Shown here: positions 1-11,863 of the stretch, piece after piece | Layout of the letters: the number at the start of each line of letters is the position of its first letter | Position numbering within the stretch: the first letter of the stretch is position 1 | Assembly: GCA_965644295.1 (NCBI GenBank) | Contig: CBFFRP010000439.1 | Coordinates: 1 to 64,000, forward strand | Length of the DNA stretch: 64,000 nt | From: Paraphysomonas bandaiensis | Taxonomy: Eukaryota > Protista > Chrysophyceae | Direction: 5' to 3' | The notes under the pieces: model-generated | Database searches by the model: none | Told to the model about the DNA's origin: nothing | What the model saw: the letters and a program-made list of their open reading frames with translations, nothing else | Made by a program: the position numbers and the translations under genes

Positions 1-22
1 GTACTTCGTTCAGTTACGTATT
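1..22 (+). other. Oxford Nanopore adapter remnant (technical artefact)
   Basis: GTACTTCGTTCAGTTACGTATT matches the ONT ligation adapter sequence and is joined directly to telomeric repeats. Confidence 0.92.
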
Positions 23-25
23 ACT

Positions 26-1915
26 CTAACCCTAACCCTAACCCTAACCCTAACCCTAACCCTAACCCTAACCCTAACCCTAACCCTAACCCTAACCCTA
101 ACCCTAACCCTAACCCTAACCCTAACCCTAACCCTAACCCTAACCCTAACCCTAACCCTAACCCTAACCCTAACCCTAACCCTAACCCTAACCCTAACCC
201 TAACCCTAACCCTAACCCTAACCCTAACCCTAACCCTAACCCTAACCCTAACCCTAACCCTAACCCTAACCCTAACCCTAACCCTAACCCTAACCCTAAC
301 CCTAACCCTAACCCTAACCCTAACCCTAACCCTAACCCTAACCCTAACCCTAACCCTAACCCTAACCCTAACCCTAACCCTAACCCTAACCCTAACCCTA
401 ACCCTAACCCTAACCCTAACCCTAACCCTAACCCTAACCCTAACCCTAACCCTAACCCTAACCCTAACCCTAACCCTAACCCTAACCCTAACCCTAACCC
501 TAACCCTAACCCTAACCCTAACCCTAACCCTAACCCTAACCCTAACCCTAACCCTAACCCTAACCCTAACCCTAACCCTAACCCTAACCCTAACCCTAAC
601 CCTAACCCTAACCCTAACCCTAACCCTAACCCTAACCCTAACCCTAACCCTAACCCTAACCCTAACCCTAACCCTAACCCTAACCCTAACCCTAACCCTA
701 ACCCTAACCCTAACCCTAACCCTAACCCTAACCCTAACCCTAACCCTAACCCTAACCCTAACCCTAACCCTAACCCTAACCCTAACCCTAACCCTAACCC
801 TAACCCTAACCCTAACCCTAACCCTAACCCTAACCCTAACCCTAACCCTAACCCTAACCCTAACCCTAACCCTAACCCTAACCCTAACCCTAACCCTAAC
901 CCTAACCCTAACCCTAACCCTAACCCTAACCCTAACCCTAACCCTAACCCTAACCCTAACCCTAACCCTAACCCTAACCCTAACCCTAACCCTAACCCTA
1001 ACCCTAACCCTAACCCTAACCCTAACCCTAACCCTAACCCTAACCCTAACCCTAACCCTAACCCTAACCCTAACCCTAACCCTAACCCTAACCCTAACCC
1101 TAACCCTAACCCTAACCCTAACCCTAACCCTAACCCTAACCCTAACCCTAACCCTAACCCTAACCCTAACCCTAACCCTAACCCTAACCCTAACCCTAAC
1201 CCTAACCCTAACCCTAACCCTAACCCTAACCCTAACCCTAACCCTAACCCTAACCCTAACCCTAACCCTAACCCTAACCCTAACCCTAACCCTAACCCTA
1301 ACCCTAACCCTAACCCTAACCCTAACCCTAACCCTAACCCTAACCCTAACCCTAACCCTAACCCTAACCCTAACCCTAACCCTAACCCTAACCCTAACCC
1401 TAACCCTAACCCTAACCCTAACCCTAACCCTAACCCTAACCCTAACCCTAACCCTAACCCTAACCCTAACCCTAACCCTAACCCTAACCCTAACCCTAAC
1501 CCTAACCCTAACCCTAACCCTAACCCTAACCCTAACCCTAACCCTAACCCTAACCCTAACCCTAACCCTAACCCTAACCCTAACCCTAACCCTAACCCTA
1601 ACCCTAACCCTAACCCTAACCCTAACCCTAACCCTAACCCTAACCCTAACCCTAACCCTAACCCTAACCCTAACCCTAACCCTAACCCTAACCCTAACCC
1701 TAACCCTAACCCTAACCCTAACCCTAACCCTAACCCTAACCCTAACCCTAACCCTAACCCTAACCCTAACCCTAACCCTAACCCTAACCCTAACCCTAAC
1801 CCTAACCCTAACCCTAACCCTAACCCTAACCCTAACCCTAACCCTAACCCTAACCCTAACCCTAACCCTAACCCTAACCCTAACCCTAACCCTAACCCTA
1901 ACCCTAACCCTAACC

Positions 1916-1956
<41 letters not shown>

Positions 1957-2148
1957 CCCTAACCCTAACCCTAACCCTAACCCTAACCCTAACCCTAACC
2001 CTAACCCTAACCCTAACCCTAACCCTAACCCTAACCCTAACCCTAACCCTAACCCTAACCCTAACCCTAACCCTAACCCTAACCCTAACCCTAACCCTAA
2101 CCCTAACCCTAACCCTAACCCTAACCCTAACCCTAACCCTAACCCTAA
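26..2148 (+). repeat. Telomere, (CCCTAA)n / (TTAGGG)n, ~2.1 kb
   Basis: Uninterrupted CCCTAA hexamers at the contig start, with one CCCTAAA variant near 1932-1938. Confidence 0.99.
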
Positions 2149-2880
2149 TCGATACACATACCAGGTGCAAGGGAGAAGTGCTTGGGGAGCACGGACTTGT
2201 CCTCTCTGCTAGAAGATTTCTTATTGCTGTTCTTGTAAACAAGATGGTAAGTACCATCATCATTTATAGCATGTATAGTGCCACGCATTTTGGTGACAGT
2301 AATAATTTCATCGCCAACTGAGTAAGTGGTCAAGGGGTCACTATCATGAGATGAAGTCTCCTGCTGAATATCATCTTCATCAGAACTGTCGATTCGTGTG
2401 TTGACCTTTTGTTTGTTCCCTGGGTCCGCTTCTTCAGCATGTCAAAGGTGGTGGGAGGTATAAAATCAATCTCATTGGACCTGTCCTCCTCTAAGTCCCA
2501 CCCTTCTTTCTTCCTACGGGCGTCCAGTCTTGCCTGCTTATGCTGCTCCGCTTTCTTTAACCTCTTAGCTGTCTTGTTCGCTTCCCGCTGGTTATTTCTG
2601 GCTCTGTATACGGCATTCAGAGCACCTTTCTCAACTGTAACTTGCTTTCCATCAGCATCTACTACAACAATACAAGGGGGCTTCATTCTAGCCTTTATAC
2701 TGTGCATAACACAAAAGGTTGAAACAACTTTTCGCAAAACCTGTGTAGATAAACGCTGTTGTACTCGTGGGTTGCATGTTCTAGCTTCAACTTCATACGG
2801 AGATATGCCAGTCCGATCAGATAATTCGTTCTTGAATGGAATAAAAAGCCCGCTTTCAGCAACATAGTCTTGAGCTGAGT
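2145..2880 (-). pseudogene. Decayed/truncated subtelomeric coding fragment with a Tudor/KOW-like end
   Basis: A charged helical segment (RNNQREANKTAKRLKK) is followed, after a frame change, by YSVGDEI..RGTIHAINDDGTYHLVY. The stop codon (GAT TAG) comes from the first telomeric repeat. Confidence 0.45.
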
Positions 2881-2924
2881 CTGACTGAGGAAACAAGTGA
2901 TCCTCCCCTGTATGATATGGCAAC

Positions 2925-3600
2925 GGTGATGTCCCTCCCCACCGAAGAAACGCATAACACGTAGAGGGAAACGAGGTGCCACGAATGGGAGTGTCAAGGG
3001 GAGAAACGGGGGAGTTAAGGGAATCAACACAGCAAAAGGAGCAGCAGCTGCAAAGTCCAAGTACACAACGGTATGAATACCCTTGTTGATGTAGCTTGCA
3101 GATACTAATCACTTTTTTGTCATATCAGAATCATGTCATTGACCTCACAGCCGATAAGGCAAGATCTACGTTGCAGGGGAGTTGCGTCTTCAAAAGCAGG
3201 AGCAAAACCACAGAGAGGGGATGGCTGCCATGGAACAGTAGCTTGTTGTGGCCTGTGCCAGTCGTGTGATATGCCCCATATATCACCTACTACACCTCAC
3301 AATGTTTCTACTATTATGTCCCATGTAGAACCCACTATGCCTCCTAACATGCCTGCAATGTCTAATGCACCTCATATTGGCATGGTGTCTGTATCTCACG
3401 GGACACCGTCGTCCTCTGAAAGCAATGCATATACGTCGTCTGCTCTACTGCGTTACAGTTAAACAACAACATGCATGATGATAGCAGTTACAAGGAATAT
3501 TTCCGTATGCAGGCGGCTCAAGACCAAGCGGCTCGACTTAAGCGTGCGCTCCAAGATGCCATAAAACTGCAATTACTTCAAATCATGTTTATGAAGTAGC
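2925..3600 (+). pseudogene. Intron-containing degenerate gene fragment from a dispersed repeat family
   Basis: Reads PSPPKKRITRRGKRG..KSKYTT | GT-AG intron | NHVIDLT. Clearly homologous DNA lies at ~25125-25350 and ~26336-26425. Confidence 0.55.
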
Positions 3601-3769
3601 ATTACACTATATATATGTAGTAAGGGTTAATAAGATATGTATCATGATCATTGGTAATTATAATATTATAACAAGCATCAATTGGGAACAACATGAGTAT
3701 CAGTTAGTAGTACTCTCATAATGTTTTTTTCCCTTTTTTACAACCTGTTACTAACAAGCAAAACTTACA

Positions 3770-5190
3770 ATAACATGTCAAAGTAGTTAATATAAGCATT
3801 TTAATTGATGTTTATGCCTCCAGAAGAATTCTTTTGACATCTCTACTATACGCTAATTTCATATGAAAACCTGGTCAAATCCACTTCCCAGGTTTCATGC
3901 CCAGGTCGACTTTAGATAGATAAATGCAACAAGTTCTCTCATGTAATAATCAGATCTATTATATTCTTGTGTGTCCATCCTGAATTATATTGTCGCGGAT
4001 AGTACTGGTGCCTCTTGTCCTGAAACATCTGATGCCATTTCTACTGTTATTGCTCCCGTCGTGTGTCATCTGAAGCCATGAATGATATTGTCCCAGATGA
4101 AACTGATGCCTAACCCTAACCCTAAACAGAATATTGAAGTTGAATGTCTATATTTGCCCGGTGCTAATATGAGCGTTCTGTTAAACCCAGTTCAGGTCAA
4201 AGCAACTTTTTTAAGAAGTCCACTTTTTCATCTTCATGAAACGGATCACTATACTTTGTCTAAGTCGTTCTAGAAAACGTTTTATGATCTTTTGAGGGGG
4301 GTTTTGCCCCGTCCTGGGAAGGGTTAATAAGGTACTACATACTATTATTACAGTGTAATATCTGTCACATAAATATAATATATAATCCCAGACACAACTG
4401 CATCGCACAATTTTGATAGCAGGATTTAAATATGTATCAATTGCGTTGTCACCGTCGCTTTCCAGGTATGCGGCTTCTACAAATTGTCCCCAAGAGGTGA
4501 AGCCATTCTTTGGACGCGCATGAGAGTATTTTGACCGCTCTCTCCATGGGGTACGTCCACTGAAACACAACAGCTAGTTTGGTACTGGTTAGAGTTTGGC
4601 TGTTGATATATACATGTGGCATTAGAGAGGGATGGCCCTTTACTATATGGTATAATGAATCAGACACTCTTCACGACCTATTGCAAAATAAAACTCAAAC
4701 GCTTCAGACTTACAAGCCCTTCCATTTTTCGGTGCACTTGGGTGGATACTGTGTTCAGTGGATTTACAACTCCATATATGAATCCCACTAGGCGATCCAT
4801 GTTCTCCGCACTATACTGTGCGACTGTGCGACATAGTCGCGACACCATTGCACAGCTGCCCTGTAAACAGCCGGAACCAATCCACCGTCTGGACGAAGTT
4901 TTCTTTGGTCAAATAAAAATAAATAAATCGAAAGGTTGTTGTAGCAACAATCTGGAAAGAAAACCACTGTATCGACACATGTCTGGCCCTCAAATGCCTT
5001 CCCCACAAATTATTTATTCCCCCATAGGTCAGAGGGTGATATTTTAAAGTCAATCACCGTGGGCGTGACAGGTGAGAGTCTGATTAAAATGTCGCCAGTC
5101 TCTCCCACTAAAGCGGCACCATGCAAGATATTCTTCAGCGGCACGTAGTCGCTGTCGACAGGCATCAAGAGTCCATACGAATTAATTAAC
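3770..5190 (-). pseudogene. Decayed coding remnant of unknown family
   Basis: Long protein-like frames broken by TGA/TAA/TAG codons compatible with C>T decay; an intron-like gtaagt...aatag lies at ~4678-4713. Confidence 0.35.
4109..4126 (+). repeat. Interstitial telomeric repeats
   Basis: CCTAACCCTAACCCTAAA, in the same orientation as the telomere. Confidence 0.8.
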
Positions 5191-5225
5191 CCTAATTGTT
5201 CAAATAGCAAAACTCAACAACACTA

Positions 5226-5241
5226 CCCTAACCCTAATCGA
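5226..5241 (+). repeat. Interstitial copy of the telomere junction
   Basis: CCCTAACCCTAATCGA, identical to 2137-2152. Confidence 0.75.
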
Positions 5242-5416
5242 AAAAATTTGAAAAGTTCAGGTCGAAATACATTTCTAAAACAATGTTACCATATATACAA
5301 CAATATTTGCACAGAGATCATTGCAATAGTCAAATATATACACCCAAACATATGTATGCACTTAATACTAGAAAAGGGGGACACAATTCGAAAGTTGTCA
5401 GACAATTATAAACACA

Positions 5417-6541
5417 CTACCCCCCCTCTGATCGAAGCAACCGAAAAAATTGTTCCTCTATGAAATCCACTTCCACTTCTCTTCTTAAAGCTGCGGTACG
5501 CAATCGATCCACAGCCTCATCCTACAGAACCCAAATGACGAAATACACTTTAGGGTACTTCAAGCTCATAGCTGGCGACACTCACCTGTAATGTTGGCAA
5601 CAAAAAATGCTCAACGATGGCACTCTCCATATGGCTCTGAAGCACGTGACTAGTCCTCTCTTCTATTCTATCCATCAGGCCGACAAGTCGGCCTGCTACC
5701 TGACGGACCATCACTCCCTTGACAAACCGCGCCACCATGACCGACTGGAAATTAGTGAGCATGCACATCATAACGTGCATCAGCAGTAGACGACGAGCAA
5801 CAGTCCTTTTACAGCACTCTGCAAACACCATTACAATAAATACAAGTGCAAGTTGACTACAATCAATTTTCTCACCTGCTATCGCATGCTTCTCTCTGTT
5901 TCTCGTGGCGGCATTATCAGCGGCTGTACATTCTCTGTGTGCATCTGTAGCAATCGCTGTGTACTCATTTCTCAGGAATCCGGCAAGCAGCTGTCGCAGT
6001 GTATAATCACACTTTTCTTCCATCACACACTCTGAAACCGTCTGCGGAATAAGCGCATCCAGAAGCTCTGTGAGCACTCATATAACTCAACTCATATGCA
6101 GCAGTAACATTCAGATAACTGACCCTTCTCGATAGCATCCAGCAGCTGTCGCACCTGTCGCTGGTCCATATGGTGTTGAACGATGCTGTTAACACACTGC
6201 ACTCATATCTCAATCAGATCATGCGGTGACTGCCTGTCCCTCTCACCTCCTTCGCAACAGACACAGCTGTGGCCTGAGACACCTCTGTGCATATCTCCTC
6301 TATGAGGGACAGCAGCGGGTTGGAGTCGGGAGCTCGCTGTCTGTGTATAGTCAGGAGCAGCACTCATATGTATGGTATGTACCTACCGGATCTGTATGTA
6401 GGAGTCCACGAGATCCCTCAGAGCCTCCTCTGCTACACCGCACACGCTCTCCGACACCACATCCTCACACAGCAACACACACAGACTATCAGCAGCAGAT
6501 ATATCAGTGTGTGAAACATCCATTAATTCGTCCATCAACAT
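5417..6541 (-). CDS. Hypothetical multi-exon helical protein (5' end uncertain)
   Basis: Exons join in frame across short GT-AG introns: ..DSYIQIR|QRAPDSNP..|CVNSIVQHH..AIEK|VLTELLDA..PTLQ|DEAVDRLR..SEGG*. Confidence 0.6.
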
Positions 6542-6981
6542 GAGCCGACACTCGCAATGACAGCGATAACGATCTCTACAATGAGGACTAGCTGGCTGCG
6601 CTGCGGATAGCATACAGCTACAGCTCGTGCAGAGTATGCATACACAAGTATACGGCATCCGTATCACTCTCACACCATCGTATAACTCCCTCCTACACTG
6701 CTGTATAACTTACGAAATCATCATCAGCAGGTTGATACTGACAGTTGGGTAGAGAGTTGTATGCGGTATGTACATGTACATATACCTACTCTGCTTAGTA
6801 TACATGTACTGCTGTGTGTGTACTGCTATACCGTATAGGGTTGTGTGTATAGGGTGGGTATACAGCATACGGCAAGTCTCAGATCTTCACAGATAGCACA
6901 CCGTCCCAGTAACTAGAAATTAAGTGCCCCTCTATCTGTATTCCACCCGCATGATCGCAGTTTCTATTGAGCATTGATCGT

Positions 6982-9895
6982 ATGATGAGTTCTGAGGAGT
7001 CTGTGTCGGAGTATGTCGCGTACTATGAGTCTCATATAGGGCACTACATGCCCATCATTGCAGGTGATCTCACATACACGCATACATGTAGAGAGACTGA
7101 CCCTCTTGTCAGTGTATAATGAGGATGGTACGAAGGAGTTCAGAGAGATGCGGAGAGATGATATAATGAGGATAGCGGATGGTGGTGGCTTCACGGGGGG
7201 CTGGTTGTTTAAGAGGGGGCAGAGCGTTAGAGAGTCATGGCAGAAGCGCTATATGATTGTCAGGTAAGCTCGTTGCATTTATTTTCTTCAGTAACGGCAG
7301 TGGCAGGGGCTCTTATATATTTTACTTTCATAACCCTCAGAATGAAAGACCAGTTGGAGTAATTCCGTTGGAAAACTGTGTTGCAATTTCCCCACCTGGA
7401 GGTTATTAATGAACCACTTGCGATATTATATATAGTTTTATGTAGTAATGTTAGGTGGACGGAGCTTTACAGAGCAACGACTCTTTCGTGCGAACGAGGG
7501 CTTTGAGTTTGAGATCCGACACCCTTCTAGACGCAGTGTGCAGCTACACGCAGTGAGCGAAGAAGAGCGCGATTCGTGGATGAAAATAGTAGAGGAAAGG
7601 TCTGGCCGAGTCGATGGGGTTCCAGTTCAAGACTCTCACTCCTTTCTTTCTCGATCCGCTGTTACTATCATTGCAAAGGAAGTTTCTCGATCAGCTGGGA
7701 GTGGCATGGAAAACGTGGCTGTGACCCCTACACGCATCCCAAGGAATGCAACAATGCGGAGTCATAGAGGTGACGAGAAAGTAGGCCATACCCTGTCGGG
7801 AATGCCCTTTGCCCCTCCTCCTCCCCCTTCTCAGTACGGGGCAGGATTTGGAGTAATGGCAGAAGAGAGAGAAGGATTGCCCCCCAGCACTGTGCCAGAT
7901 GGTACAGGGGGCGAAAAACGAGTACGAATTGAGGATGCTATCAGAGAATCTCAGGGAAAAGACGAAGAGGTTCGAAGGCAAGGGGCAGCAGAGAGACATA
8001 TGCTCGAAAGAGACCTTCAAGAAAAGATGAGGATTCAGCAAGAGGGACGAAAGAGAGAAGCCATTGCCAGAGAGAGGTGAGCGGTGTATTTATTTGAGAG
8101 ACGCCAGCGTCTGGTGATGTTTACTTTTGAAATATTTATTACGTGTGTTCGTAGGGGGATGTCTCGTCAACGTGTAGAAGCTGCACGGTCCATGGAGTCG
8201 AAAAATCCGATGACTCTCGCGGAACTCTTTCGGCTGTTACTTTTTTTTGTGAACGAAGAGTTAGTTGAGGAGCCGTTGCCTGATACACCGCTCCAATTCC
8301 CGCATCTAAAGGGTGAATGGGCGGAGAACATGCTTTCTACAGTGTATAGGAGATACTGTCGATCTTCGGGATATATGTCGCTTGAGGAATTCGTAGAGTT
8401 TATGGAAGACAGTGCAGTGTTGCAAACTCACGTCCCACATGATGAGAATGATGAGCCTCTCACAGAGTTTCAAGCACAACTTGATCCTGTCAGACTGCTC
8501 ACCACTGTTCCCAGGAACCTGGGCTATTCCATGTAAGTAGTGTTGTGGATTACATTGCTGTGGTGTTTATCACTTTGCTGTCCCGCTTTCGGCAATAGGG
8601 AAATGGAGAATGAATTGGCAGGGGGTGGTACTGTCGCATCAGATAACTTTCGCCTAAACTTCGCCCAATTCTACCAGCTGCTGATGAGGATAGCACATGT
8701 GGTTTACGGAGATCTATATGCGCAAGATGCTTCCCACGCCCTCAACAAACTATTGCAGGAAACTATCCTCCCTCTTTACGGGTGGTGCAAGGGACACTCT
8801 AAAAGAGGTGCCATGGACCCCCTGGTGACAGAAGAGCGCATAGTACTTCTGCTGTCGCTATACGCCCCCAACTTATGGAAGGTGTTTCTCATGTATTGCC
8901 AGGATCACCAAGCGAAGGTTTTGATTCTTCCCTACTTTGTGGTAACCTGTAGTTGACATGCTGTACTCTAGGTTCCGGAGCTGAACCTTGCTTTCCCCGA
9001 CTCAGCGAAAGGTTCAGAGAGGTAAACGTACCCAATCTGACGTACTAGTATATAAACTATTTCTACAGAGTACTTTTTGGAGTACCATACGGTGCCCCCT
9101 TTAACCGAAAGAAGACTGACGGGACGGAGGACGTGGGCTACTTCATGACTGAGACAGCATGTATTAGGTTTTGTCAGGATTATGGCCTCACTCCGCACCT
9201 TGTAACGAGGGGTCAACTCAAGGAAACACTACAAGGTCTCAATAGAGTGAAGTCGCTGTTCTCTCAGCGGAAGGCAAAAGAACAACACCCCCCTACCGTT
9301 TTTTACCAGAAGACCCATACAACCCTTGTCAGGGAGGCAACTTCGCAAACGTCAGCTTATTACTTTTTCATGGCACTTTTTTTCTAAATACTTTCTCGTG
9401 TGCAGATTTCATCAGTCTGTATACGAACCAATGCATTTCAGTGGCGCAGAACAATCTAGAGAAGTCGTTAGTGAGCGTTGTATGGGCGGCATGGGGAAGG
9501 TAATGGTGTGAATAGCTTCACATTACGCTAATAGCTCAGTGCAGAGAGTTAATCACATGCCTATGAGGCTATCCAATCCTGCGGCTGTGGTGAAAGAACA
9601 CGGCGGTCTAGGTAATGAAAATAGCCACTTTGCTTTCTGGTTGAGATATGGTGTTAAAATCAGGGTTTTCTGAGTTTGTTGAGCTAATCGCACGAATAGC
9701 TGTGGATGGAATGCAGGCGGAGTCTTACCATGTCCTCTTCCCAACGCCATTTTCGAAGGTGCCGATTTGTCTGGTTCTAACCCCTGTCATCCATAACATT
9801 TTGGGATGTAGGTACTTGCGATATTGACTGTGTGGGGGGTTGCTGATCTACGCAAAATCGAGGAAGTTCGTCTTATTCGCTCAGAGAACATGTAG
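6982..9895 (+). CDS. PH-domain protein with a coiled coil and EF-hand-like C-terminal region (multi-exon)
   Basis: PH motifs GWLFKRG..WQKRY..GVIPLENC..EEERDSWMK; EF-hand-like MSLEEFVEFMED, LNFAQFYQLLMRIA and LGFSEFVELIARIA; consistent GT-AG splicing. Confidence 0.8.
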
Positions 9896-10959
9896 ACCTG
9901 AGATGTAATGCATTTAGCGAGATCGTACATTTATGTGATATATTTTTGACCACTTGAGGCCCTTCACGTACTACAAATGGTTCACACTGGATCAGATATT
10001 AACAGTACGAAATCAATTTTCTTCTGCACTTGACAAGAATAATGTCCTAGGGTCGTGGTCGGTTCGGCGGGGTGTCACGGATGTTGAGTTTTACTTCTTT
10101 GTGAGCAACTAAACCTGTATTTAAAGGTATTTGAATTATGACCGTTGGTTAGTTAGTTTAAGAATACTTAAATCTGTAGTACATAAGTGAATATTAGGAT
10201 TCAGCTTTATACAAGATTGTATCTGTGAGTTATAATGTTCAATGAAATATTATATCATGAACTGAATTAGAGAGAGTATCTGTTGAAAATACATGATCGT
10301 CATCATAACGTCGTCATTATCAGTTACACTTCTAACTATTCCGTTGTGCATGATAGTTATGTTTTATATTGTTATTCATGATTCTCACTCTATTGTGTTC
10401 ATTACTTGTAGTAATCACAACATTGTTTTACTATTACTAAGACCAATTCTTCATTTGTCAATGATATACAATTACCATTATCCCTAAAAGGAAAAAGTGG
10501 CTGCCATATTATTCATTAGTCATCCTCCAAATTCTGGAATAGTGCTTAAAAATTTCATATTTTACAGATCCATGGATGGAATGGAAAAGTATCAATGGTG
10601 ATGTATATTATTTATTACGCTTTTTATTATTATTATTCTCGTTCAGTGGCCAATGGCCCCAATTACACCCAAAAAAACTATACAAGCATATTGCAAATAT
10701 GCATTTCCAACTAGAAAATATACATTCATAAAAATGTGTTTTCCTCAACAAGTTTGTAAAAGCGTTTACTTACACAAATAATTATACAATTGTAAAGAAC
10801 AATGATAATCAAAAGTGATGGCAGTGTGTAATTTACGGAGTCTGCTTCCGAATGGATTTGGAAAATCCTCCCTGTATCATTTTTGTTTGTTGAGCAATGC
10901 TCGTCTAGCGCAAATAGCGAGGCTAAAATACGGGGAACGATATATGAGAACTGACAGAC

Positions 10960-11520
10960 AATATGTGCAAAAGAGCGGCTAGACTTCTTCAACTGAATTT
11001 AACAATTGGTGTTAATGCTCCCGACAGCAATCATGTTGACGAAAGTGAAGGAACTGACTTTTCACAATATGTACTGAAGAGATCCGAATTCACAGCAAAC
11101 CGAAATTTCCACTTAGTACCTATGATTCCAACTACTACAGCTTGCTTCATGTCGAAGCGCAATCTAAGGTAGTGCCCCTTGTACCACACAAGCATTAGGC
11201 TATGAGTGGGCAGAAAAATATCTGCTGATATATTATATATAATATATATAATATGCCTGTGTATTTTCGTCAAGTGGCACTTATATTAGTGTCCCTTGTA
11301 CCACACATGTATTTGGCTATGAGTGGTCAGAAAACTATTCGATATGCTGACTATATATGCGGCTCACGATAGTTTCCCGGAGAAATATCTCCGGTACTTA
11401 TCCCCCAGAACACCACAAAAAGGTGCAAGTCCGACTTTGTTGAGGGCACCTAAGCGTCAAAACATGAATCCATATCGTTTAGAATCGTTGATATTGTTTC
11501 GAGAATATGCTACCCTCCAT
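10960..11520 (+). mobile_element. hAT-like transposase C-terminal remnant interrupted by a retroposon
   Basis: IPTTTACFMSKRNL..[insertion]..PKRQNMNPYRLESLILFR resembles the hAT dimerisation motif IPxTSxxxERxFS...RxxLxPxxLExLxF. Confidence 0.45.
11170..11446 (-). mobile_element. Ribozyme-headed retroposon, 5' half with internal duplication
   Basis: The reverse complement starts CCCTCAACAAAGTCGGACTTGCACC and aligns by eye to 21135-21340. Confidence 0.85.
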
Positions 11521-11863
11521 AAGATCCTGATGTGCCAGTGGAGAGTTAGAAGAAAGATGACGTGTATATGTGTAGTTACAATTTGTAGTATCTTATTAAA
11601 CTAATACACAAACAATGGCCGTCATATCCGTATAGAGCAAGAATCTTATACATGCTGCTATTAGTACGTATATACTACTTAAGAATATTTGAAGAGTATC
11701 CAAAAGTGGTGCTTGTCGAACATTAATATTGAATTATTATCAGCTGTAACTTTGAAGAGCATTGACAGCTGTCAGGATTTGCAAGTCAAGCCACTATTTA
11801 GTCACACGACCGCTACTTTGCAAATATACTGGCATATCAGCGGTAGGCTGTGACAGAAACCAA

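Noticed and set aside
10-2263. Poly-RV / poly-GL ORFs
   Set aside because: These are translations of telomeric repeats, with no evidence of coding. One frame has an upstream ATG at 2263, but nothing supports its use.
3770-5190. Alternative genetic code (in-frame stops)
   Set aside because: All three stop codons terminate conserved genes elsewhere in the window, so in-frame stops here reflect decay.
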